Below are positions 9,266-17,854 of a stretch of DNA of 64,000 bases, one piece after another (position 1 is the first letter of the stretch; every line of letters starts with the position of its first letter). The stretch comes from Candidatus Bathyarchaeota archaeon (GTDB lineage Archaea; Thermoproteota; Bathyarchaeia; Bathyarchaeales; Bathycorpusculaceae), in NCBI GenBank assembly GCA_963815095.1, contig CAWFFH010000003.1, positions 384,001 to 448,000 of the forward strand, read 5' to 3'. The position numbers and the translations under genes are program-made. Under the pieces are notes generated by a model. The model searched no databases and was not told the DNA's origin. It worked only from the letters and a program-made list of their open reading frames with translations.

Positions 9266-10354
9266 ATGGATGTACTAATAGCAAACAACGAATTAAAAGC
9301 AAAAGCCTTCCTCGACGAAATAGAAGGAAAAAAACCTCTCTTCATATGCACCATAGCAACCACCGAAACTGGGAAAATCCCCGGTTTATCGGCAGCTGGC
9401 GCAAACCCTGATTTTACGGATTTTACTCCCCCTGCCGACGCAGAACTTTTGCTTTTGGGAAAATGCAAATCTATCCAAGGCGTCCCAATAACTCCCGACG
9501 GTATTCCGACACCTGGGTTGATTACGATGTCGGCACTGCATTTAGCAGACATACCTGTGCTGGTTGTTAATGGTGGCGTGAAGGTTAAACCTCAAATTCC
9601 ATATATGGAGTTGGGTGGCAATAGTGGCAGAGACATCCGCACTGGAAATTCTGTTGATAATGTGGAAGAAGTTATCGAACGCGCCAAAGTAGTAGGTGAA
9701 CAATTAGCGAAAACAGCAGATTATCTTGTTATCGGCGAGAGCATTCCTGGCGGTACCACAACTGCTCTTGGTGTCTTATCTGCTTTAGGAGTTAACGCTC
9801 AAGGAAAAGTCAGCAGCACTTTGCCTGAAAACCCTCATAACTTGAAGGCAGAGGTTGTTGCGGCAGGTTTGAAAGCCGCGAACGAAAAATTTGGCAGCCT
9901 CAAGAAAAATCCGATAAAAGCGGTTTCCTGCGTTGGCGACCCCATGATGGCTGCTTTGGCTGGATTAGTTATTGGTGGGACTATGCAGGCGCCTGTTTTA
10001 ATGGCTGGTGGAACCCAAATGACCGCTGTTTTGGCAATAATTAATGCTTTAGAGCCCAAAGCACTCTGTAACGTGGCTATTGGCACAACCAGATGGGTTG
10101 CGAAAGACATGAAATCCGACATATGCGGCATCGTCAAGCAGTTTTGCGATGTCCCCGTGTTGGCGGCAGACTTAGATTTTGGTCCATCAAAATATCCTGG
10201 CTTAAGAATTTACGAGACTGGGCTTGTTAAAGAAGGCGTAGGTGCTGGCGGTGCATCAATTGCAGCGATGGCAAAGCTTGGCGGCGCTGTTACAAAGGAT
10301 ATACTTCTTAAGGAAATAGAGCGTAATTATGCTCTACTGATGGGCATAAAGTGA
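9266..10354 (+). CDS. cobT: Archaeal nicotinate-nucleotide:lower-base phosphoribosyltransferase CobT
   Basis: TETGKIPGLSAAG, TPPADAE, PTPGLIT, GESIPGGTTTA, GDPM, AGGTQM and VKEGVGAGG motifs. Confidence 0.88.
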   Translation: MDVLIANNELKAKAFLDEIEGKKPLFICTIATTETGKIPGLSAAGANPDFTDFTPPADAELLLLGKCKSIQGVPITPDGIPTPGLITMSALHLADIPVLVVNGGVKVKPQIPYMELGGNSGRDIRTGNSVDNVEEVIERAKVVGEQLAKTADYLVIGESIPGGTTTALGVLSALGVNAQGKVSSTLPENPHNLKAEVVAAGLKAANEKFGSLKKNPIKAVSCVGDPMMAALAGLVIGGTMQAPVLMAGGTQMTAVLAIINALEPKALCNVAIGTTRWVAKDMKSDICGIVKQFCDVPVLAADLDFGPSKYPGLRIYETGLVKEGVGAGGASIAAMAKLGGAVTKDILLKEIERNYALLMGIK

Positions 10355-10361
10355 CTCGCGC

Positions 10362-11114
10362 TTGGTCGTTAAACAACTAAAAAATCTCTTATCTTTCTTG
10401 ACCGTTTTTCCAGTCGCTATGGACAAAGATTTGCTGACTGACTGTGCCCGAAACATGTGGGCTTTCCCTTTGATCGGCGCCTTTCTTGGGGTAATTGCAG
10501 GCTTATTTGGGATTGCTGCTTTTCATTTCTTGCCAGGCATTGTTGCGGGTGCTTTGGTTTTTGCGTTACTTTTATGGATGACTGGGCTGCACCACACCGA
10601 TGGGTTGCTGGATTTTGGGGACGGCGTCATGGCGCATGGCACGCCAGAGCACAAAATTGATGTTATGCATGACCAGTTGACAGGCGCAGGCGGATTATCA
10701 CTTGGTATCTTGACCATGCTTATTACCGCGTTAGCGATAGGGCAACTAAACGTTCGTCTTGTTCTTCCTGCAATCGTTGTAGTTGAGCTTTCTGCTAAAC
10801 TTTCCATGGTTATAGCTGCAAGAGCAGGAAAATCGGTGCATCAGGGCATGAATTCGCCGTTTTTGGAAGCCATGCATGGACGAGACGGTAATGTCCGTTT
10901 GGCGGTTGCATTGATAATTTCCTTTGTTATAGGCTTGGTTTTCCTTAAAGGCGCAGGAATCTTCGTGGTCTCAGCATCTGTAATCACTGGTTTAGTCATG
11001 GTTGCAGTGGCATATAAACACTTTAAAGGTGTTACAGGCGACGTTTTTGGCGCAACCAACGAGTTATCGCGTCTGGTTTGTGTGGTTGTTTTAGTGGCGG
11101 TGATTATACGGTAA
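10362..11114 (+). CDS. cobS: Adenosylcobinamide-GDP ribazoletransferase CobS (canonical motifs)
   Basis: TGLHHTDGLLDFGDG, MHDQLTGAGG and GVTGDVFGATNE motifs. Confidence 0.88.
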   Translation: MVVKQLKNLLSFLTVFPVAMDKDLLTDCARNMWAFPLIGAFLGVIAGLFGIAAFHFLPGIVAGALVFALLLWMTGLHHTDGLLDFGDGVMAHGTPEHKIDVMHDQLTGAGGLSLGILTMLITALAIGQLNVRLVLPAIVVVELSAKLSMVIAARAGKSVHQGMNSPFLEAMHGRDGNVRLAVALIISFVIGLVFLKGAGIFVVSASVITGLVMVAVAYKHFKGVTGDVFGATNELSRLVCVVVLVAVIIR

Positions 11115-11722
11115 TTGCGTTGGTTATGGCTGGCGGAAAAGGCACCCGCATGAAACTTGCTCAAGAAAAACCGCTGATTGAAGTTTGCGGCAAACCCGTC
11201 ATCGAATACGTACTCTCAGCGCTAAAGGATGCCAAAAAAATTGATACTGTTATCGTTGCTACCTCCAGTTGCACACCCAAAACAACCCAGTTAATCAAGA
11301 AACTTGGTGTAAAATTCATCCAAACTCCTGGCAAAGACTACGTTTCTGACATGGGCTACACCGTTCAAAACCTCAAATTGGGCGTTTTCTTAGCCATAGC
11401 CGCCGATTTGCCGCTAGTAAGGGGTGAAATGATTGATGCCGTGGTTGAACGTTATGAGCGTTGCGGCAAACCTGCGTTGACTGTGGCGGTGCCTCTGGAA
11501 ATCAAAGCTAAACTTGGCATGTGCATTGAATACTCTTTCAAAGCTGACGACAAAGATGTTGTGCCGGTCGGAATCAACGTTATTGATGGGCATAAACGGT
11601 ATGGCGACGAGTGGCTCGACCAAGACATTTTGATAATGAATAACGAAGAATTAGCAGTTAATATCAACACAGTGCAGGAACTCCAACTTGCAGAACGATT
11701 ATTAAATAGTAAAAAATCCTGA
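11108..11722 (+). CDS. cobY: Adenosylcobinamide-phosphate guanylyltransferase CobY, paralog 2
   Basis: ALVMAGGKGTRM..EKPLI, AADLP and AVNINT motifs. Start ambiguous (TTG 11078, ACG 11108 or a later codon). Confidence 0.82.
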   Translation, partial: TVIALVMAGGKGTRMKLAQEKPLIEVCGKPVIEYVLSALKDAKKIDTVIVATSSCTPKTTQLIKKLGVKFIQTPGKDYVSDMGYTVQNLKLGVFLAIAADLPLVRGEMIDAVVERYERCGKPALTVAVPLEIKAKLGMCIEYSFKADDKDVVPVGINVIDGHKRYGDEWLDQDILIMNNEELAVNINTVQELQLAERLLNSKKS

Positions 11723-11999
11723 TGTCGCCTATTGGGTTAATGAAACACCCAAAGAAATCAGAATGTATTTGGGTTTAGCTTAGTAGATTCAACTGTTGAT
11801 TTGCAGAATCACGTTGTAACAGCATCAGCAACTTCTCGGGTGCCCCCGTAACTTTTTGTCTTTGATTGTTGTTGCAACCGCTCTACAGAATACAGGTGCA
11901 ACAACAACTTCTCTTCAAAATTTACCCAAGACTACCGATAACCACAAACCAATATCAACATACTAATAACCAAAGAAAACAGGTTCGTTCTTCTAGAGT

Positions 12000-12872
12000 T
12001 TAGCTTCGTTGCTTGCTTTCCTGAACCTCGTTGAGGGTTGCTTTCATTTTTCTTGCGTCTACATCAAGAAACGGCGATTCGCAAATCATTGTTGGATGCA
12101 GCCCAAAATCGACAATCACTTCGGCGAGCATTCGAAATTCTGGTCCATACCGGTCTTCGTCGAGGGTGAGGTGGCGTTTTTCTCCTTGGCTGCTGAACTC
12201 GATTTTTGAGAAGTGGCAATGCATGCTCCGGAGAGCTTCGGTTCCCAGTTGTGCTTCAACTTTTTCTGCTATTATGCGGAAGTCTTCGACTTTCTTTAGG
12301 GTTCCTTGGTGTAGAGCGTGTAGATGTCCCCAGTCAATAACGAGTTGTGTGCCTTCAACTTCTTGATTGATTGTGAGAATTTCGTCAATGGTGCCAACTT
12401 GAAATTTCCGCCCCATAGTTTCTGGTCCAAGTTTCACTTTCAAACCAAGACTCTTCATTTCTGCGCTGATTTCTTTTAGTGCTATTAGGGCGTTTTGGAA
12501 AGCAAAACTCTTCTCCACCTTGCCGTAAAAGCCCGTATGAAAAACCACAACATAAGCGCCCATCCAATCAGCAGCCGTTACGCATGCAATTAAGCGCCTT
12601 TTGCTGGCCTCAACGGTTTCCTTCTTTCCAGACAAATTCACAAAATAGGACCCATGCATACTGAGTTTAACATCGTTTTTTCTGGCTTCTTCGCCAAGTT
12701 TTTGAGCGTCTTCCAGTTTCATCTGAGGTTTAGGTCCCCAACGAGATGCCTGGTACTCAAAAGCGTCCAGTCCTTCCTCATGCAGAAGTTTTGGGACGTC
12801 TGCTATGGTTGCTCCAAGAAGCCTGAACATGGGTGGAACCCCTGCTGGACCAAAACGAGTACGCTCAGTCAT
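12000..12872 (-). CDS. nfo: Endonuclease IV (AP endonuclease family 2)
   Basis: RFGPAG, SMHGSYFVNL, VFHTGFY, GPETMG, IDWGHLHA, HCHFSKIE and ICESP motifs. Confidence 0.88.
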   Translation of the reverse strand: MTERTRFGPAGVPPMFRLLGATIADVPKLLHEEGLDAFEYQASRWGPKPQMKLEDAQKLGEEARKNDVKLSMHGSYFVNLSGKKETVEASKRRLIACVTAADWMGAYVVVFHTGFYGKVEKSFAFQNALIALKEISAEMKSLGLKVKLGPETMGRKFQVGTIDEILTINQEVEGTQLVIDWGHLHALHQGTLKKVEDFRIIAEKVEAQLGTEALRSMHCHFSKIEFSSQGEKRHLTLDEDRYGPEFRMLAEVIVDFGLHPTMICESPFLDVDARKMKATLNEVQESKQRS

Positions 12873-12885
12873 GTAATCTTTATCC

Positions 12886-13242
12886 TTAAGTTATTATTCT
12901 GATTTTTTTCTTTGAAATAATCAAAAGCTTGTTTTTTACTGTTTTCAAATCTATTTTTTGTTGCGATACCTCAAGCGTCTCTATGATATTTGAGCTTGTA
13001 GCTGGTTTAGCCTTTATGATTATAATGGTTAATGGCTCCTTCTTTAGAATACGGTAAATCTGGGAAAAATGATTATCCAATGTCAAAATTGTAAGATTAT
13101 TTTTCACTGCATATTCCGCTAAGTCGAGTTCTTTGGCGCTTTTAAGATGAGCTCGCTCAACGCTAGTTAAGTCAAAGCCTCTGTTAAGCAGCCATACCCT
13201 AACGCTTCTTGGAATGTTCTCATCGATAAATATGCCCGGCAA
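12886..13242 (-). CDS. DUF5615/VapC45-type PIN-domain toxin
   Basis: IFIDENIP...D...ILTLDNHF PIN-like acidic pattern; downstream of DUF433. Confidence 0.75.
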   Translation of the reverse strand: MPGIFIDENIPRSVRVWLLNRGFDLTSVERAHLKSAKELDLAEYAVKNNLTILTLDNHFSQIYRILKKEPLTIIIIKAKPATSSNIIETLEVSQQKIDLKTVKNKLLIISKKKIRIIT

Positions 13243-13255
13243 TGGCCAAAACCAT

Positions 13256-13483
13256 TCAGAGGTTAATTATTTCTTCGTTCTCTACACATTTTGAAGCGAA
13301 AAGAAGTGCAGCTTTGATGTCTTCTTCAGTGAGGACAGGATATTCCTGGAGAACTTCTTTTTCTGTCAAACCGTTGCCAAGGAGTTCAATGATAAGATAA
13401 ACTGGAATGCGAGTGCCTTTTATTACTGGTTTACCACCCAGAATTTCATGATCAATCATTATTCTATCCATAAACTCTTCCAT
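13256..13483 (-). CDS. DUF433 antitoxin
   Basis: ILGGKPVIKGTRIPV...EYP.LT.EDIKAAL.FA signature. Confidence 0.9.
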   Translation of the reverse strand: MEEFMDRIMIDHEILGGKPVIKGTRIPVYLIIELLGNGLTEKEVLQEYPVLTEEDIKAALLFASKCVENEEIINL

Positions 13484-13604
13484 GCATTCACTCCACCTAA
13501 CATTCCATTTACAGTACTAACTGCATAACCTTAAATATATTATAATTGTCTTCCAAAAACGCTTTACGGGTTCCTCATTGCAACGAAAGCAGGCCCATTC
13601 ACGA

Positions 13605-14387
13605 TTATATCAAGCTGGTTATTGTCGGAACCGACACGTAGAAGTGGATATAAACTGCTGTTACCAGAATTCCGACAGTAATTGCCAATAATGCATAGTC
13701 GCCTTTGTGCAACTTGAGCAAGTAAAGGTTTGTGCGTTTTTTTGTGGCTCCCCAAGCACGGGATTCCATCGCCTCAGCCAACTCCAGGCTCCTTCGGATG
13801 GCACTGACAATTAACGGGATAAGCACGGGCACGTAGTTTCTGATTCTTTTGAGCAATCCACCTTTCTCGAGTTCTAATCCTCGGGCTTTTTGAGCATCCA
13901 TTATTGTTTGGGCTTCCTCTGCTAAAACGGGGACAAATCGCACTGCCGTCGTGAACGCGAAGGCGAATTCGTAGGGCACGCGGGATTCCTCAAGGGCTAA
14001 GCCTAAGTGGTCGGGTGAAGTAGTTAAGAAGAAAACTGAGAAGGACTCAACAAGCACGACAAACCGCAAAGTCATAGCAGCTGCGCTTTCCACGTTAGGA
14101 GCTGTTAAGTGGTATCCTGAAGTGAAAAACGTCGTTCCAACGTTAATAACGAAAATGAATGTTGCCAGAAATGCTGCGCCACGCAAAGAACGCAACCACT
14201 GACGCTGAACACGGGCCAACAATACAAAGGGAATCTGCATAAAAAATAAAATCATGAGCGGAATAATCTGGAAAAAAAGAATAGCAACCACAAATATAGC
14301 GATGACGTAGACGAATTTTATTCTAGGGTCTAGATTGTGAATTGGAGAGCGGACTTTTCTGAACCTTAAGCCGTCAAAAACGCTCAT
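13605..14387 (-). CDS. ecfT: ECF transporter transmembrane component EcfT
   Basis: LDPRIK, RFVP, AQKARG and AMESR motifs. Confidence 0.9.
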   Translation of the reverse strand: MSVFDGLRFRKVRSPIHNLDPRIKFVYVIAIFVVAILFFQIIPLMILFFMQIPFVLLARVQRQWLRSLRGAAFLATFIFVINVGTTFFTSGYHLTAPNVESAAAMTLRFVVLVESFSVFFLTTSPDHLGLALEESRVPYEFAFAFTTAVRFVPVLAEEAQTIMDAQKARGLELEKGGLLKRIRNYVPVLIPLIVSAIRRSLELAEAMESRAWGATKKRTNLYLLKLHKGDYALLAITVGILVTAVYIHFYVSVPTITSLI

Positions 14388-14388
14388 T

Positions 14389-15210
14389 TTAACCTTTGCG
14401 CTCCTTGGCTTTTAGGATGAGTGCTTTGGCTTCGTAAATGTCAATAACGTCTTTTGGAAAACCCAGAGGTGCCAACTTCGTGAAAACCTGTGCAATCTGG
14501 GGCAAAACAATAGAAGACAACTGTAGCAAGGCGGGGTCAGTGAGGATTTCTTTTCCTTCTCCGTCAGCAACGATTTTGCCCTCTTTCATCAACACCACTC
14601 TTGGGTTGCATTCTGCCACAAACTCGACATCATGCGTAACCGTAACCACCGTTTTGCCCTGTGTCTGCATCTGAATAATGAACTGACGCAGTCTCTCCTT
14701 TTGTTCATGATCCTGCCCAATGGTGGGTTCATCCAAAATCAAAGTTGATGGGTTCCAGGCCAAAACAGAAGCCAACGCCACACGCTTTCGTTCCCCGCCG
14801 CTAAGAAGGAAAGGCGAGGTTTTACGGTACTGAGTTAATGATAAAAGATTCAGAGCCCAAGTAACCCGCTCCTCGATGACTTCTGTGGTGAAACCGAAGT
14901 TTTTGAGAGCAAACGCAATTTCATCTTCGACAGTTTCGCTGAAGAGTTGATGGTCAGGATTCTGGAAGACAAAGCCGACGTTTCGAGCTAAGGCTGCTAC
15001 GCTTGACTTCGTGGTTTCAACGCCGTCCACAAGAACCTTGCCCTGTGAAGGCTTCAACAATCCATTAAAGTGTTTGACGAGAGTGGATTTTCCCGCACCG
15101 TTCTGCCCCATTATGGCGACGAATTCGCCGTCTTTTATGGTTAAGGAGATTCCTTTTAGGGCTTCAACTTTGTTTGGATAAGCGTAACGGATGTCCTGAG
15201 TTTCAATCAT
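14389..15210 (-). CDS. ecfA: ECF transporter ATPase
   Basis: GQNGAGKS, FQNPDHQ, LSGGE, LDEPT and THD motifs. Confidence 0.9.
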   Translation of the reverse strand: MIETQDIRYAYPNKVEALKGISLTIKDGEFVAIMGQNGAGKSTLVKHFNGLLKPSQGKVLVDGVETTKSSVAALARNVGFVFQNPDHQLFSETVEDEIAFALKNFGFTTEVIEERVTWALNLLSLTQYRKTSPFLLSGGERKRVALASVLAWNPSTLILDEPTIGQDHEQKERLRQFIIQMQTQGKTVVTVTHDVEFVAECNPRVVLMKEGKIVADGEGKEILTDPALLQLSSIVLPQIAQVFTKLAPLGFPKDVIDIYEAKALILKAKERKG

Positions 15211-16058
15211 TGGGGCTTTAGCTCCTCCAACAGTAGGTCAGCCAATTCCTCAGATGACAGCGGGGTTTTGTCGCCTAATTGTAATCCTTCTTTTTTCAGC
15301 ATCTGGTAGAGTAGTGTGGCTTTTGGGATTCCGACACCGATTAACCGTGTCTCTTCGCTGTTGAGGATTTGTCTTGGGTCGCCTTCAAAGCGGACTTTTC
15401 CTTCATCCATAACTATCAGGTGGTTTGTGTATTTCGCCGTCAAATCCAACCGGTGCTCCACAAGGATGACTGTGATTCCCTGTTCCTTGTTTAGTTTGTA
15501 GATTACTTCAAAAATCTTCTCGGCACTCAACGGGTCAAGAAACGACGTGGGTTCGTCTAAAACGATGACTTCTGGTTCCATTGCTAAAACCGATGCAATC
15601 GCCACTCGCTGCTGTTGACCCCCAGAGATTTCGTGAGGTGAACGTTCGCGTATATCATAGATGCCTGTTTGGTTGAGTGCCCAATCGACTTTTCTACGCA
15701 TTTCCTCTCGTGGGACTCCGTTGTTTTCTAAGCCGAAAGCAACGTCTTTTTCGATGGATAAAGCAAATAATTGGTTTTCAGGATTCTGAAAAACTAACCC
15801 AACATGTTTTGCCATCTCGTAAGTATGGTGCTTTAGAGTGTCGATTCCAGCAACCATAATTTCGCCTTTCAATTCTCCCTGATAAAAATGAGGCACCAAC
15901 CCGTTGAAGGTTCGACACAAAGTTGTTTTTCCGCAGCCACTTGGACCTGTAATTAAAACAAACTCACCCTTCTCTACCTTAATCGAAACATCCACAATTG
16001 ACGGTTTTGTGGCGCCTGGATAGGTATAGGTGAGGTTTTTCGTTTCAATTATGGCCAT
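15207..16058 (-). CDS. ecfA: ECF transporter ATPase
   Basis: GPSGCGKT, FQNPENQ, ISGGQ, LDEPT and EH motifs. Confidence 0.9.
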   Translation of the reverse strand: MAIIETKNLTYTYPGATKPSIVDVSIKVEKGEFVLITGPSGCGKTTLCRTFNGLVPHFYQGELKGEIMVAGIDTLKHHTYEMAKHVGLVFQNPENQLFALSIEKDVAFGLENNGVPREEMRRKVDWALNQTGIYDIRERSPHEISGGQQQRVAIASVLAMEPEVIVLDEPTSFLDPLSAEKIFEVIYKLNKEQGITVILVEHRLDLTAKYTNHLIVMDEGKVRFEGDPRQILNSEETRLIGVGIPKATLLYQMLKKEGLQLGDKTPLSSEELADLLLEELKPQ

Positions 16059-16109
16059 TTTTTTGTGCCTGCTAACCTTAAGCGTGAGAGTTTATTCATT
16101 TAAGCGTAG

Positions 16110-17105
16110 CTACGCAGTTTTGGCTATTTTCTTTTTTAGAAGAACAAGGCATTGTTTGAGTGCGTCTTTGATTTCTCCTTGGCCACTGACGCCTGAAGCC
16201 ATCGCATGGCCTCCGCCAACACCGCTCAAGAACTCGCCCAGCGGCGCTGCAATGTCAACTCCCAAATGAACACCTGCCAACTCATTAAACTGACGTGTAG
16301 AACGCAGGCTCAATTCAACTTTCCCATTCTTCTTCCCAGCAACAGCCGACATGTGTGCTCCCAAATCTACAAGAGCTTTGGCTGCAGGTGCCTGATAAGC
16401 ACTCACATGAGAAAGCGCAATTATCCAGCCTTCCACCTTCACGATTTTTGCCCGTTTACAAGCTTTGAGTTTTGCAACACGCTCGGAGGGGTCAATAGGC
16501 ATTGCAAATAGTGCCAGCGTTTGCTGGGCATCTATTCCTTTAACCACTAGCTTTGCAAGAATCTCAAAGGTCGGTGAATTAGCTAATGCAAAATGTCTGG
16601 TGTCAAAGGCTATGCCGACAAAGAGTGCTTTTGCTTCGTTGAGGTTTGGTTCGACTTCTGCTTGGCTGAAGAGCCGGTAGATTAATTCGCAGTTTGCGGC
16701 TGCTTTCTCATCTATCATGCAGAACTCGCAGGCCTGCATTGTTTCAGCGCTGGGAGCGTGGTGGTCGATAATTAATTTTGGCGAAGGGGACTTCTTTATT
16801 ACATCAGCCACTTCGTCGAGTTGCTCAATAGTATTCATGTCTAGGAGCACGATTGCTTCGGCAGATTCAATGTTGGGTTTAAGATTCACGGTTATAGGCA
16901 AATGCTCAAACAGTTGTTTTGCGGGTTTGTTGACGCCCTGTGGGCAGCCAATCTCGATTATTGAGTTGGGCAAAAACCTTTTCAGTAATCCCTGCAACGC
17001 GTATGCTGAACAAATCGCGTCAGCATCTGCACTTCGATGGCATAATAATAGAATAAACGAGGCTTGTTTTTCCTCTAAAAGCTGAATTAGTTCTTTGAAG
17101 CTCAT
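16110..17105 (-). CDS. DHH/DHHA1 family phosphoesterase (NrnA-like)
   Basis: H..AD.DA, LLD, IDHH, DT..F, SLRS and GGGH motifs. Confidence 0.88.
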   Translation of the reverse strand: MSFKELIQLLEEKQASFILLLCHRSADADAICSAYALQGLLKRFLPNSIIEIGCPQGVNKPAKQLFEHLPITVNLKPNIESAEAIVLLDMNTIEQLDEVADVIKKSPSPKLIIDHHAPSAETMQACEFCMIDEKAAANCELIYRLFSQAEVEPNLNEAKALFVGIAFDTRHFALANSPTFEILAKLVVKGIDAQQTLALFAMPIDPSERVAKLKACKRAKIVKVEGWIIALSHVSAYQAPAAKALVDLGAHMSAVAGKKNGKVELSLRSTRQFNELAGVHLGVDIAAPLGEFLSGVGGGHAMASGVSGQGEIKDALKQCLVLLKKKIAKTA

Positions 17106-17392
17106 TTCAGTTGTCTCAAAAAGTTTTCTGCAGCCTTATGCGCCTCTTTTACTGCTTCCTTAACCAAGGCGTCGGCATCAACATTTTTTGTTTGGGAGGC
17201 TAAAAGTAGGTTGATTTCTACTGTTACGTTTACGGGTTTGGTTCCGTCGGCTTCCACGCTGATATCTAATTGGTCCACGTCTTTGCTGGAAACTTTGGAT
17301 AGAACATATTTTCTGGCTGCGTCTTCAGCTGTTTGGCATAAAAGTTCGATTTGCTCGGTGGTTAGCTCTGGAAATCCGAGCTCACCCATCAA
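17102..17392 (-). CDS. DUF3194-like small archaeal protein
   Basis: Acidic 96 aa protein with LT.EQIE.LC..AE.AAR; lies between pfdB and the DHH gene, a conserved archaeal arrangement. Confidence 0.65.
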   Translation of the reverse strand: MMGELGFPELTTEQIELLCQTAEDAARKYVLSKVSSKDVDQLDISVEADGTKPVNVTVEINLLLASQTKNVDADALVKEAVKEAHKAAENFLRQLK

Positions 17393-17401
17393 GCATCACC
17401 C

Positions 17402-17776
17402 TTAAGATAATGGTTGACCAGAGACTGGACTTAGGTCTTCTTGCAGCTTTGTCTGTGCTTCTTTGACTTGGCTGCGTATGCGTTCTTCTTGTCGCGCCAT
17501 AACTGTGCTTCTTGTGTCCAAAAGAGATTTGCGCTCGGCTAGTTCCTCGTTAACTTTTGTTTTTTCTGCCTTAACTAAAAGTGAACCGATAGCCTTGTAG
17601 ATGACTGCATCGTCTGCCGTTTTTTGCAGTTCAGCCATCGTTTGATCAACTTCTGTTTTTTCCATTTCAACTTGTTGTTTCTGCGCTAAGATTGATTGAA
17701 GAGTCTGTTGCAGTTGCTGTAATCTGAGAAGTCTTTCTTGAACGTTAGGCGGTAACTTTGAAATATCGTCACTCAA
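17402..17776 (-). CDS. pfdB: Prefoldin beta subunit
   Basis: LPPNVQ, Q-rich coiled coil, IYKAIGSLLVK beta-hairpin. Confidence 0.92.
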   Translation of the reverse strand: MSDDISKLPPNVQERLLRLQQLQQTLQSILAQKQQVEMEKTEVDQTMAELQKTADDAVIYKAIGSLLVKAEKTKVNEELAERKSLLDTRSTVMARQEERIRSQVKEAQTKLQEDLSPVSGQPLS

Positions 17777-17854
17777 ATTTCATACTTCCGTACCAGCAAT
17801 AAGATAAGCTCTTAATTAAGCATTTCCAACCCATAGCGGGGTTAGTTGGAGGCT

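Noticed and set aside
11723-11999. Minus-strand fragment SYGGTREVADAV resembling a flavodoxin N-terminus, and a weak TTGGGT/ACCCAA hairpin
   Set aside because: Short, bounded by stops, with no further similarity; insufficient to call a pseudogene or terminator.
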